DNA of 64,000 nucleotides from Candidatus Eiseniibacteriota bacterium. GTDB taxonomy: Bacteria; Eisenbacteria; RBG-16-71-46. Below, piece after piece: positions 29,108 to 38,765 of the stretch. The position numbers were made by a program, and so were the translations under genes. The stretch covers positions 64,001 to 128,000 of the forward strand of contig CAVUWA010000003.1 of assembly GCA_963744995.1 (NCBI GenBank). The letters run 5' to 3'. Position 1 is the stretch's first letter. Each line of letters starts with the position of its first letter. The notes beneath the pieces are model-generated. The model ran no database searches. It saw only the letters and a program-made list of their open reading frames with translations, and had not been told where the DNA came from.

Positions 29108-30547
29108 TCACGCGGCGTCGGCCCAGCCCCCCTGCGCGTGGAGCGGCAGGGTGATGACGAAAGTGGCGCCGTGCCCGGGCGGACTCTCGGCTTCGATCGT
29201 ACCGTGATGGTTCTCGATGATCCGGTACGAGGTCGAGAGGCCGAAACCGTGGCCTTCGGGTTTGGTGGTGAAGTGGGGATCGAAGATCCGCGGCAGCACC
29301 GAACCGGCGATGCCGGGGCCGGTATCGGTGATCACCACGCGCAGGTGGCGACGCCGCTCGTCCAGGTGCGTCGTCACGCCGATCATCTTGCGGCCGCCGG
29401 CCTTTTCGTTCATCGCGTCGGCGCCGTTCATGAACAGGTTGAGCAGCACCTGCTGAATCTGCCCCGGGTCCACCTGGGCGTGCAACTCGCCGTCGGTCAG
29501 CCGCACGTCCCACTCGACGCCGTCGAAGCGGTTCTGACTGCGCACGAACTCCACCGAGCGGCGCACGAGCTCGTTGATGTCGGCGCGCTCGATCTTCACT
29601 TCACGGCCCGAGAAGTCCATCAGGTTCTTCGACATCACCTCCATGCGTTTCGACTGCTCGAGGATGATGTCGGCGTGGCGCTTCACGTTCGCGAACACGT
29701 CGCGGTCGGCGTCGCGCTGCAGCATCTGCGCGCGCCCGCTGATCGCCACCAGCTGATTGCGCAGTTCGTGCCCGACCTCGGCCGCGATTTCACCCTTCGC
29801 CGCCATCCGCGCGCTGTGGATCAGCTGCTGCTGCGCGCCGCGCAGCTCGAGGTAGCGGCGCGTCGATTCGTTCACCATTCGGAGCGGAATGTAGAACAGG
29901 ATCACGCCCATGTAGCCGACGGCCTGGAACGAGATCACCATCAGCGGACTCAGGAAGAACGCGGCCAGGTCGTCCAGCAGACGTTCCGCGTAGAACCAGT
30001 CCTCACGCAGCACCTGGAAGTAGCCGCGCCCCGACGACCAGGCCACCGCCACCGCGACCAGCGCCCGGTTCAGCACCCAGTACGTGGCGAGGAGCGCGAG
30101 GATCGGCGGCACGAGGCGCATCGCCGTGGCCTCGCCCTGCTTGAGCCCCTGGGCGAGCTCGAGGCCGCCGAACGGTCCGCCGAGCAGCGACCACGCGCCG
30201 ATCGCGGCGCCGATCGTGATCGCCGATTGCGACGCGTTGAACGCGGCGCGGATCCACGGCTTGCGCAGGATCAGCAGGTCGGCGACCAGCGTGCTCGCCG
30301 CCACGACCCACATCGCCGGGCCGAAGCCCCACAGCATCGCGGTCGCGACGCCGGCGGTCGACGCCATGGTCACCGTGCCTTCGCCCGATGCCACCGGCAG
30401 CCACATCGTCTCCGCCAGCACGCAGATCACCACCCAGCCGACGTAGTGCGCCCAGTGGCGCTCGAGGTCATACGGGAAGCCGAGCGCCAGCATGCCGACC
30501 GCGGCCAGCACCACGAGGGTCACGTAGATCCTGAGGCGCGTGCTCAC
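29108..30547 (-). CDS. Membrane sensor histidine kinase
   Basis: About 6-7 N-terminal TM helices; H-box EVGHELRN, N-box QVLLNLFMNG, DTGPGI, FDPHFTTK, G.GFGLS. Start GTG 30547. Confidence 0.92.
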   Translation of the reverse strand: MSTRLRIYVTLVVLAAVGMLALGFPYDLERHWAHYVGWVVICVLAETMWLPVASGEGTVTMASTAGVATAMLWGFGPAMWVVAASTLVADLLILRKPWIRAAFNASQSAITIGAAIGAWSLLGGPFGGLELAQGLKQGEATAMRLVPPILALLATYWVLNRALVAVAVAWSSGRGYFQVLREDWFYAERLLDDLAAFFLSPLMVISFQAVGYMGVILFYIPLRMVNESTRRYLELRGAQQQLIHSARMAAKGEIAAEVGHELRNQLVAISGRAQMLQRDADRDVFANVKRHADIILEQSKRMEVMSKNLMDFSGREVKIERADINELVRRSVEFVRSQNRFDGVEWDVRLTDGELHAQVDPGQIQQVLLNLFMNGADAMNEKAGGRKMIGVTTHLDERRRHLRVVITDTGPGIAGSVLPRIFDPHFTTKPEGHGFGLSTSYRIIENHHGTIEAESPPGHGATFVITLPLHAQGGWADAA

Positions 30548-31569
30548 GCGGGGCTCCCCTGACGCGCCGTCACGCCGAGACCGGGGCGGTCGGACAGCGT
30601 GATCGCGCCACGCTCGCCGGGCGCGCCGTCGAACGGATCGTCCCGGATCAGCCAGTGACCGTCGAGGTCGAGCCAGTCGACGAGCGGCGCGAGCTGGGCC
30701 GCGGCCGACAGGGCGAGGCTGGTCTCGACCATCGAGCCGAGCATCACCTGCATGCCATGGGCACGCGCCGCGTGGATCATGCGCAGCATTTCGCGCATTC
30801 CGCCGGTCTTCATCAGCTTGAGGTTCACGCCGTCCACGCGTCCGGCCAGCACGCCGACGTCGTGCAGCCGGTGCACGCTCTCGTCGGCGAACACCGGGAT
30901 CCCGACGTGACCGCGCACCCAGGCGAGGCCGTCCAGGTCGCCGCGCGCGACGGGCTGCTCGACCAGGTCGATGCCGAGCGGTTCGACCATGCGCAGCACG
31001 CGCACCGCATCGGCGGCGGTCCACGCGGCGTTGGCATCGACGCGGATGCCGCCCTTGAAGCGCGTGCGAATCCGCTTGAGGTTGTCGACGTCGCCGGGCG
31101 CGCCGAGCTTGACCTTGAGCATCGGGAAGTCCACGACGGTGTCGAGCTTCCGTTCCATCTCCTCGGGATCGGCCATGCCGAGCGTCACGCACGAAAGCGG
31201 CGTCGCCGCGGGATCCAGCCCGAGCCACTTCCACACCGGCAGGCCGACCTTCCGGCCGATCCAGTCGTGCAGCGCCATGTCGATCGCCGCGCGCGCCGCG
31301 CCGTGGCCCTGCAGGACGGCGTCCATGCGCCGGGCGATGGCGTCGAGCGCGAACGGGTCGGTGCCGAGCAGCGGCGCGAGCGTGTCGAGCGCGAGCTCGA
31401 CCGTCGCGCTGGACTCGCCGTAGTAATGTGAAGGCGAGGCCTCGCCGAGCCCCTCCACGCCGTCGTGCTCGATGCGTACCAGCGTGTTCTCATGGCGCCG
31501 CTGCGAGCCGTGGGCGATGCGGAACTCGAACACGGTGTCGACCGGGAGGGGCTCATGCCGTAGCCGCAT
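30544..31569 (-). CDS. L-Ala-D/L-Glu epimerase / DgcA-like enolase-superfamily racemase
   Basis: GLGEA, LKVKLG, VDANAAW, VEQP, ADES, NLKLMKTGG, DLDG. Confidence 0.92.
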   Translation of the reverse strand: MRLRHEPLPVDTVFEFRIAHGSQRRHENTLVRIEHDGVEGLGEASPSHYYGESSATVELALDTLAPLLGTDPFALDAIARRMDAVLQGHGAARAAIDMALHDWIGRKVGLPVWKWLGLDPAATPLSCVTLGMADPEEMERKLDTVVDFPMLKVKLGAPGDVDNLKRIRTRFKGGIRVDANAAWTAADAVRVLRMVEPLGIDLVEQPVARGDLDGLAWVRGHVGIPVFADESVHRLHDVGVLAGRVDGVNLKLMKTGGMREMLRMIHAARAHGMQVMLGSMVETSLALSAAAQLAPLVDWLDLDGHWLIRDDPFDGAPGERGAITLSDRPGLGVTARQGSPA

Positions 31570-32659
31570 GGGTCCTCCCCGCCGCACGTGTGGCCGCGTG
31601 CGCCTTCATCGCCGCCTCGGCCGCCGCGGCCAGTGGTGCGATGTCGAAACGGACCGGATCCGTGGCCGGCAGGCCGGTCTCGCGTGACGCGGCCGCGACG
31701 GCGGCGCGCGCCGCCGCCTCGTCGAGATCGGCGGTCTGCAGCGCGATCCCGATCACCGGCGCGGGCCGCACCCAGCGGGCGGCGCGCTCGTACGCCTCGC
31801 ACACCTCGGCGAGCGGCCTCACTCCGATCGCGTCGCCGAGATCGCCCGAGCGGCGGATCGCGCCGCGCTGCACCTCGTGGCACAGGATCAGGCCCGCCGG
31901 GCATGCGCCGTGAAGCAGCGACAGCGTGACGCCCGAGAACCCGGGGTGGTGCAGGGCGCCCTGCCCCTCGACCAGCACGACGTCGGCGTCCGCGGCGGCA
32001 TCGAGCACGCAGCGCTCGATCGCGCCCGCGGCGAAGTCGGCGGGCACCGCGTCCACCGCGACGCCGCGGTCGGCGATGAAGATGCCCGTCTGGCCCGTGG
32101 CGACGAACACCGCACGCGCGCCGCGCGCGCGCAGCGCGGCTTCGAGCTGCAGGGCGGTGGTCATCTTGCCGACGTTGCAGTCGGTGCCGACGGTGAGCAG
32201 CACGTACGGGGCGAGCGTCGCGGTGCGGCCCATCGCGACCGCAAGCGGCCGTGGCGGGCGGCGCACGTCGTGGAGCGTCGCGCCGTGCGCGCGCGCGAGC
32301 GCCGCGAACTCGGGATCGTCGGCGAGGAACGCATGCAGACCCGACAGCACGTCCCAGCCGCGCTCGAGCGCGCCGGTGACGACGGCGCGCCAGGCCGCGG
32401 GCAGCGTGCCGCCGATCGGCGCGATGCCGATCATCAGGGCGTCGGCGCCGCGGGCCGCGGCTTCGTCGAGCGTGGCCACGACCGGCACTCCGCCGCCGAC
32501 GCCGACACAGGCCTCCGCGGTTCGCCCGGCGCGCGTGGAATCCAGGATCGCGCAGACCTCGGCACCGCGATAGCGCAGCACGCCGACCGCGGTCTTCGCA
32601 TCAAGCCGCGTGAACTGACCCTCCGCGAGGATCGCGAGCCGCCGTGTCGCGCCCAGCAT
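31553..32659 (-). CDS. DUF1611 protein (DgcN-like P-loop/Rossmann)
   Basis: AKTAVGVLRY, IGIAPIGG, VGTDCNVGKMTT, ATGQTG, VEGQG. Confidence 0.92.
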   Translation of the reverse strand: MLGATRRLAILAEGQFTRLDAKTAVGVLRYRGAEVCAILDSTRAGRTAEACVGVGGGVPVVATLDEAAARGADALMIGIAPIGGTLPAAWRAVVTGALERGWDVLSGLHAFLADDPEFAALARAHGATLHDVRRPPRPLAVAMGRTATLAPYVLLTVGTDCNVGKMTTALQLEAALRARGARAVFVATGQTGIFIADRGVAVDAVPADFAAGAIERCVLDAAADADVVLVEGQGALHHPGFSGVTLSLLHGACPAGLILCHEVQRGAIRRSGDLGDAIGVRPLAEVCEAYERAARWVRPAPVIGIALQTADLDEAAARAAVAAASRETGLPATDPVRFDIAPLAAAAEAAMKAHAATRAAGRTHAATA

Positions 32660-32662
32660 CGG

Positions 32663-33955
32663 TCAGCGCAGCGACTCGTACACCTGGATATAGCGGGATA
32701 CCATGTCGTCCACGTCGAAGCGCTCCCGGACCGTGCGGCGCGCCCTGCGGCCCATGGCGCGACGCAGCGGTTCATCCGTGAGGAGTCTCAACACCGAATT
32801 CACGAGCCCCGGCACATGGGTCGGCTCGTGCAGGAATCCGGTCCGTCCATGATCGATCACTTCGGGAAGCCCACCCACCGACGAGGCCACCACGGGGACC
32901 TCGGCGCTCATGGCTTCCAGCGCCACGAGACCGAAGCTCTCCGAAGAGCTCGGTAGTAAGAAAACATCGGCAAGTGGCAGCAATTCCTCCATGCAATCCT
33001 GATTTCCGAGGAACAGGACGTCACGCTGCACACCGAGCTCACGGGCGAGCTGCTCGGCGCCGGCCTTCTCGGGGCCGTCGCCGATCATGACCAGCTTGCT
33101 GGCGAGGCGCTTTCGGACTTCGGCGAACACCTGAATCACGGCCGGTATGTTCTTGACCGGTCTGAAGTTGGAGGCGTGCATCAGGATTCGGGTGTCGGGC
33201 GGGGCCAGCCGCAGGCCGGTGCGCTTGTGCGGCGTGAACACCTTCGGATCGATGAAGTTGTAGACCACCTCGATCGGCCGGGTGATGCCGAAAGCCTCCT
33301 CGGCCCGTTCCTTGAGGAACCGGCTCACGGCCGTGATCCGGTCGCTGGACTGGATGCTGAACTGGGTCACCCGGAAGAACGCCGGCTCCATGCCGACCAC
33401 CGTGATGTCCGTGCCGTGCAGCGTGGTGACCACGCCGAGCTGGCGCGGCAGCAGCAGCTGGCGCGCGAGGTAGGCGCTCGCCGCGAACGGCATCGCGTAG
33501 TGGACGTGCAGCAGGTCCAGGTCGTAGTTCTCGACGACCTCCACCATCTTGGTCGTGAGGGCCAGGTTGTACGGCGTCTGCTCGAACACCGGATACGTCG
33601 CCGGCGTGACCTCGTGGAAGTAGATGTTCGTCTCGAACCCGCGCAGCCGGAACGGCAGGCGGCTGGCGATGAAATGCACCTCATAGCCCCGCTTCGCGAG
33701 CGCGAGCCCCAGCTCGGTCGCGACCACGCCGCTGCCGCCGAAGTGCGAGTAGCAGGTGATGCCGATGCGCCGCGGGTGGCGCGGTAGCGACGCACGCGCC
33801 GGCTTCGCGGCGGCCCGGCCGGCGGACCGTTTCGCCGCGGGCCGGCCCGCCCGTGCGGAGTCCGGCGCCGGCTTCGTGGTGCGCCCGGCGCGGGGCTTCG
33901 GCGCGGCGCGCGATTTCGCCGTGCCACGCCCCGCCTTCTTCTTCGAGGCGCTCAT
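32663..33955 (-). CDS. bshA: N-acetyl-alpha-D-glucosaminyl L-malate synthase
   Basis: IGITCY..GGSGVVATELG, LHVHYA.P, TTLHGTDIT, HASNFRPVK, ESFGLVALEAM; about 62-aa basic N-terminal extension. Confidence 0.93.
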   Translation of the reverse strand: MSASKKKAGRGTAKSRAAPKPRAGRTTKPAPDSARAGRPAAKRSAGRAAAKPARASLPRHPRRIGITCYSHFGGSGVVATELGLALAKRGYEVHFIASRLPFRLRGFETNIYFHEVTPATYPVFEQTPYNLALTTKMVEVVENYDLDLLHVHYAMPFAASAYLARQLLLPRQLGVVTTLHGTDITVVGMEPAFFRVTQFSIQSSDRITAVSRFLKERAEEAFGITRPIEVVYNFIDPKVFTPHKRTGLRLAPPDTRILMHASNFRPVKNIPAVIQVFAEVRKRLASKLVMIGDGPEKAGAEQLARELGVQRDVLFLGNQDCMEELLPLADVFLLPSSSESFGLVALEAMSAEVPVVASSVGGLPEVIDHGRTGFLHEPTHVPGLVNSVLRLLTDEPLRRAMGRRARRTVRERFDVDDMVSRYIQVYESLR

Positions 33956-34677
33956 CCCTCCCCCTGCGCCCGGCCGTGCTGGAGCAACGCGCGCGCGTCG
34001 GTCACCGGCACCGGCCCGCGCACGCGGAATGCCTCGCCGAAGCGGACCCCGATCGCGGCGCCCCAGGCGCGCGCGCGGGCCTCGACTTCCTCGAGGAACC
34101 CGGGTGCGGTCAGATAGGTCGCCGGTCCGTCCGCCGCCGCGTCGAGCTGGCTGTGGTGCGCTCGCAGCGCCTCCATGCGCCGCTCCCACACGCTCGACAC
34201 GTCCAGCACCAGGTCCGGTGCGCGCGTCGTGCGGTAGAGCGCGTGGATCAACCGCTCCGGGCGGAATCGCTCTCCCGGCGCGTCGGACTTCGCCAGCCCG
34301 GACAGATAGCAGGCCCGGGTGATGAGATGCGCGGCTTCGATGTGATCGGGATGCGGGTCATCGGGATCGGGCGCCACCACCAGCTGCGGGCGGTGGCGCC
34401 GCAGGCAGGCCGCGACCGCGCGCTGCTGTACCTGGTCACTGCGCAGGATGCCGAGGTCCGGCAGGCCCAGATTTTCGCGCTCCACGCCGAGAATCGTCGC
34501 CGCCGCCTGGGCCTCCTGGTGCCGCGTCTCGACGAGGCCGCGGCTGCCGCCCTCGCCGCGCGTGAGATCGACGACCACGACGCGGTGGCCATGCGAGGCG
34601 AGCAGCGCGGCCAGCCCGCCGCAGGTGAGCTCGACGTCGTCCGGATGCGGCCCGAACAACACCGCGTCGGCGTTCAC
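33952..34677 (-). CDS. bshB1: Bacillithiol biosynthesis deacetylase (PIG-L family)
   Basis: HPDDVELTCGG, DLTRGE.GSRG, HPDH, HHSQ, EAF; lies between bshC and bshA. Confidence 0.9.
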   Translation of the reverse strand: MNADAVLFGPHPDDVELTCGGLAALLASHGHRVVVVDLTRGEGGSRGLVETRHQEAQAAATILGVERENLGLPDLGILRSDQVQQRAVAACLRRHRPQLVVAPDPDDPHPDHIEAAHLITRACYLSGLAKSDAPGERFRPERLIHALYRTTRAPDLVLDVSSVWERRMEALRAHHSQLDAAADGPATYLTAPGFLEEVEARARAWGAAIGVRFGEAFRVRGPVPVTDARALLQHGRAQGEG

Positions 34678-36287
34678 AGGTCCACCACCACGTGCTCGAG
34701 CCGTCCATCCTCGAGCGCGGCGGCATGGGCTTCGGCGAGCGCGCACATCTGCCCCGTCGTCTCGCGACCGCGGTGCGCCAGCGGTTCGAGCGACGCGATG
34801 CGCCTTTCCTGCGGCTTGTCGCCGGGCATCAGGTAGTACCGCAGCCGCAGCCACTCCGGGTGCTCGCGCTCGAGCTGGTGCCGCGTCTTGCCGACCACGC
34901 CCTCGCGCAGGCGCTGGAACTGGTAGTCGATCTTGCCGCGCGCCGAGCCGACCATCTGCGGCAGGCTCGCGTCGACCTCTTTCGACAGATCGGCGAAGCG
35001 CTCGAGCGCGGCGAGCGTCTCGGATTGCGCGCTCGCGAGAGCGTCGTGCACCGCGCCCGGGACCTGCGCTTCCGCGTAATCGCGGATCACCGCATCGGTG
35101 GCGGCGATCACCGCGCCGGGGTCGGCGCCGGACGCCTCCAGCAGCTCGCGCGCCGCCGCCGGAAACCAGGTGGCCGAGAAGCGCGGCACCGGGCAGGCCG
35201 GCCGCACCTCGAGCCCTTCGAACACCTCTCGCAGCTGCGCCAGGTAACCGGCTTCGCCGGGACCGACCGCCATCGCCACGGTGGGCAGCACGCCGTCCTG
35301 TACCGCCGCGCGCAGCGCGACGTTGGGCGTGAGCACCGCCTGCCGCGCCTCGGCGGGGCCGATCTTGTGGCGCGTCGCGCCCTCGACGCGGAACACGAAC
35401 GATTCCAGCGTCGCGTCGTTGAGCGGCCGCCGTCCGGCCAGGCGTTCGACCGCGTCACCGCCGGCCCGCGCGGCCGCGTGCAGCGCATCGGGTTGGTCGA
35501 GGTAGCGGTCGATCACCGTGCGCGCCGCCTCGCGGAACGCCGGCAGACGCGGGTCGATGACCACGATGCCCTCGGCGCCGAACGCGTCGAGCACCAGCGC
35601 ACTCACCGCATCGCCGAGATCGCGCGCCCGACGCCGTGTGCGCGCCAGCAATTCACGCACGGCCCCGACGCCCGGCAGCCCTTCCCAGCACGCGAGGGCC
35701 TCGGCTTCGAGCGCCGCCAGCGCATCCACCGGCAGATGGCCGATCATGCCGCCGTCGGACTGCAGCGACCTGGGCAGGGCGAGGTCGTGCAGCGCCAGCC
35801 CCGGATCGGCGATCGTGGCCGAATGGATCTCGTCGAAGTCGGAGTCCTCACCGTGCATCCAGTACGCGGCCACGCACGGCATCCCGGTGCGGGCCTCGTA
35901 GCGGCGCGCCATGCCGATCGCGGCGGCGATCTTGTGGAACGAATACAGCGGGCCGCCGAGGGGCGCCGGCTGCTGGCCGGAGATCGTGCAGACCGCGCGT
36001 CCCTCGGCGAGCGCGGCGAGGGCGCCGAGGCTGGCGTCGGAGGCGCCGAGGCGCCGGTGCTCGGCCTCGAGCGCGCTCGCCAGCGCCGCGGGCAGCGGGC
36101 GGCGCTTGGCCTCGCCGAGCGCAGCGAGTGCCGCCGTATCGGCCCAGCGGGTCGCGAACCGCTCCTGCGCCAGCGGCCCGCCGCGGGCGACGTCGGCGAG
36201 CAGCGCGTCGTGGAGCCGCGCGAGGGGCGGCTCGGGCGTGGGGACGAGGCGCACGCGCACCGCGGGAAGCGTGGTCACGAGAGCCAC
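34674..36287 (-). CDS. bshC: Bacillithiol biosynthesis cysteine-adding enzyme
   Basis: SGQQ...GGPLYSFHK, WMHGEDSDFDEI, PNVALR...QD.VLPT, GPGE..YLAQ, PQER. Confidence 0.9.
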   Translation of the reverse strand: MALVTTLPAVRVRLVPTPEPPLARLHDALLADVARGGPLAQERFATRWADTAALAALGEAKRRPLPAALASALEAEHRRLGASDASLGALAALAEGRAVCTISGQQPAPLGGPLYSFHKIAAAIGMARRYEARTGMPCVAAYWMHGEDSDFDEIHSATIADPGLALHDLALPRSLQSDGGMIGHLPVDALAALEAEALACWEGLPGVGAVRELLARTRRRARDLGDAVSALVLDAFGAEGIVVIDPRLPAFREAARTVIDRYLDQPDALHAAARAGGDAVERLAGRRPLNDATLESFVFRVEGATRHKIGPAEARQAVLTPNVALRAAVQDGVLPTVAMAVGPGEAGYLAQLREVFEGLEVRPACPVPRFSATWFPAAARELLEASGADPGAVIAATDAVIRDYAEAQVPGAVHDALASAQSETLAALERFADLSKEVDASLPQMVGSARGKIDYQFQRLREGVVGKTRHQLEREHPEWLRLRYYLMPGDKPQERRIASLEPLAHRGRETTGQMCALAEAHAAALEDGRLEHVVVDL

Positions 36288-36368
36288 GGTGCCCGTAAGG
36301 ACCGGCGTGGGAGGTGATGGGCGGCGCGCGGAAGGGAGCGTGACACGAGACCGTGCATGGGAGCAGGC

Positions 36369-36398
36369 ATCTTAGGGACCGGCCCGGAGGAGGGTCAA
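36369..36398 (-). promoter_or_regulatory. Sigma70-type promoter upstream of bshC
   Basis: TTGACC-N18-TAAGAT. Confidence 0.6.
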
Positions 36399-36454
36399 AC
36401 GGGGCATGCGGCCGGCCCCGCCCAGGCCCCCCCCGCGCGCGCCGCCCCCGGCCC

Positions 36455-37093
36455 TCAGCCCCGGCGCGCAGGCCGGTGCGACGCGCGGCGCGTCGGGCCG
36501 AACGCGGCGCGCCAGGCACGGTCGCAGGCGGCGCGCCCGCGCGCCCCCGCCGCCGCGCGCCCGATGCGGAAGGCCAGACGGATGTCGCCGCGGGCCGCAC
36601 CGCAGCGCGCGGCCCCGAGCAGGTGGCTGTGCAGCTGGCGCGTCCAGCCGGTCGCGGCGAGCACGGCGACCGCAGACAGCTCGCGCTGCTTCATGCCGAG
36701 TCCGCCACGCGACAGCACGCGGCCGTAGCCCTGCTCGACCATCCACAGCGCGAGGTCGGGATGGAGCCGCCTCGCCGTGGCGAGCAGCTTCGGGAAGACC
36801 GGTCCGTACACGCGCCGGCAGAGCGCGGCGCCCGCCCGCCGCCAGTCGCGCAGGCCGCCCTCGCGCCTGCGCCGTGCGCGACCGGGCCAGACCCGGCCCA
36901 GCACGCGCAGCCCTTCGAGCGCCGCCGGGTAGCCGGCGTACAGCATCAGCATGAGCGCCGTCTCCTCGGCCGCGGCGCGCGGCCAGCCGGCACGGCGCGC
37001 ATCCGCGAGCCCGCGCGCCGCGGCGCGCTCGCGCCCCGTGGCCATCGCCGCCGCATAGCGCAGCAGCCCGCGCGGCGACCGCGGCTCAGCCAC
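36455..37093 (-). CDS. Carboxymuconolactone decarboxylase (CMD/AhpD-like) family protein
   Basis: LYAGYPAAL, HPDLALWMVEQGYGRVLSR, REL..VA.L, QLHSHLLGA. Confidence 0.8.
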   Translation of the reverse strand: MAEPRSPRGLLRYAAAMATGRERAAARGLADARRAGWPRAAAEETALMLMLYAGYPAALEGLRVLGRVWPGRARRRREGGLRDWRRAGAALCRRVYGPVFPKLLATARRLHPDLALWMVEQGYGRVLSRGGLGMKQRELSAVAVLAATGWTRQLHSHLLGAARCGAARGDIRLAFRIGRAAAGARGRAACDRAWRAAFGPTRRASHRPARRG

Positions 37094-38714
37094 GGCGCCC
37101 GCCGTCGTCGTCGCCCGGACGCATGCGTCGCATCAGGCCGCGGGCGAGATCGGTGAGCGCCGAGAGTTCTTCGACCCGCAGCACGCGCAGGGCCGCGTAG
37201 GTGAGTCCGGTCATCACCGCGAACGAGCCGGCCACGGTCACCGCCTCGGCGAAGAACCCGCGATGCCACGCGGTGCCCGCCGCGCGCAGTCCGGCGCCGA
37301 CGACCAGGGCGGCGAGCCCGGCGGCGGCGGCGATGCGCAGGGTGGTCGTCAGCGTCGCGCGGAACGCGAAGGCGCCGATGCGGCGGCGCAGGTAGAGCAG
37401 CAGCTGCACCAGCGAGAACATGCTGGTGAGCGCCGTCGCCAGGGCGAGACCGGCGTGGCCCATCGGCCGCATGAGGGCGAGGTTCAGCACCAGGTTGAGC
37501 GCCACGGAGGCGAAGCTCACCTTGACGGGCGTCTTCGTGTCGCCCATCGCGTAGAAGGCGCGCGACACGATCCCCACCGCCGCGAACGCCGGCAACCCGA
37601 TGCAGTACATGATCAGCGCGATCGCCGTGCGGTCCGTGTCCCCGGCCGAGAAGCGACCGTGTTCGTAGAGCAGCGCGATGATCGGCGTGCTGGTCACCGC
37701 CAGCCACAGCGCCGCCGGGATCGTGAGCAGGAACACCAGCCGCAGCGTCGCGGTAAAGGTGCGCTTGAGGAGCGGCATGTCGTCGGCCACCGCGGCCCGC
37801 GACAGCGCAGGCAGGCTCACGGTGGCGAGCGCCACGCCGAAGACGCCGATCGGCAACTGCATCAGCCGGTACGCGTACCAGAGCCACGACACGCTGCCCT
37901 GCGCGAGCATGCTGGCGATGATCGTGGTGACCATCAGGTTGAGCTGGGTCGCGGCGAGGCCGATGGTCGCCGGCAGCATCAGCCCGCCGACGCGGCGGAC
38001 CCCCTCCGAGAACAGCGGCCGCACCAGACGCAGCCGGAAGCCGAGGCCGAATAGAGAAGGCAGCTGGAACAGCAGCTGCACGATGCCCCCGGCGAGCACG
38101 CCGATCGCCATCGCCACGATCGCCGGCTGCCCGGCGCGCCGCATCACCGGGATGAGGCCGACCCCGACCACGATCATGCCGAGGTTCAGCAGGCTCGGCG
38201 CGAGGGCGGGAATCGCGAAGCGGCCGCGGGCGTTGAGCATGCCCATGCACGCCGCGGCGAGGGCGACCGCGGGCAGGAACGGCAGCATGATCCGCGTGAG
38301 CCATACCGTGAGGCCCAGCTTGCCCGGCACCTCGCCGAAACCGGGGGCGAATACCGGCACGATCCACGGCGCGGCCAGCCAGCCGACCAGCACGACGGCC
38401 GCGAGCACCATCGACAGCGCGAGGAAGACCTGCGCGCCGAGTTCCCACGCCGCCTGCGTGCCGCGCTTCTCGTGGTACTCGGTGAAGGTCGGCACGAACG
38501 CGGCCGACATCGCCCCCTCCGCGAACAGATCGCGCAGCAGGTTCGGGATCCTGAACGCGACGTTGAAGGCGTCGGTCGCGAAACCGGCTCCGAAGAACGT
38601 GGCCATCACCTGTTCACGCACCAGTCCCAGCACGCGGGACAGCAGCGTCGCCGCGCCCACCGTGCCGGCCGAGCGGGCGACCTGGCGGGCCTCGCTCACC
38701 GTGCGCCTCCGCAT
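37086..38714 (-). CDS. murJ: Lipid II flippase MurJ
   Basis: SRVLGLVRE, DAFNVAFRIPNLLRDLFAEGA, RLMQLPIG, RAFYA.GDTKTP. Confidence 0.96.
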   Translation of the reverse strand: MRRRTVSEARQVARSAGTVGAATLLSRVLGLVREQVMATFFGAGFATDAFNVAFRIPNLLRDLFAEGAMSAAFVPTFTEYHEKRGTQAAWELGAQVFLALSMVLAAVVLVGWLAAPWIVPVFAPGFGEVPGKLGLTVWLTRIMLPFLPAVALAAACMGMLNARGRFAIPALAPSLLNLGMIVVGVGLIPVMRRAGQPAIVAMAIGVLAGGIVQLLFQLPSLFGLGFRLRLVRPLFSEGVRRVGGLMLPATIGLAATQLNLMVTTIIASMLAQGSVSWLWYAYRLMQLPIGVFGVALATVSLPALSRAAVADDMPLLKRTFTATLRLVFLLTIPAALWLAVTSTPIIALLYEHGRFSAGDTDRTAIALIMYCIGLPAFAAVGIVSRAFYAMGDTKTPVKVSFASVALNLVLNLALMRPMGHAGLALATALTSMFSLVQLLLYLRRRIGAFAFRATLTTTLRIAAAAGLAALVVGAGLRAAGTAWHRGFFAEAVTVAGSFAVMTGLTYAALRVLRVEELSALTDLARGLMRRMRPGDDDGGRRG

Positions 38715-38765
38715 TCCGCCGTTGGCCGTTGCCGCTTCGCGACGCGCGTGCTAGCGTGCCCGCCC

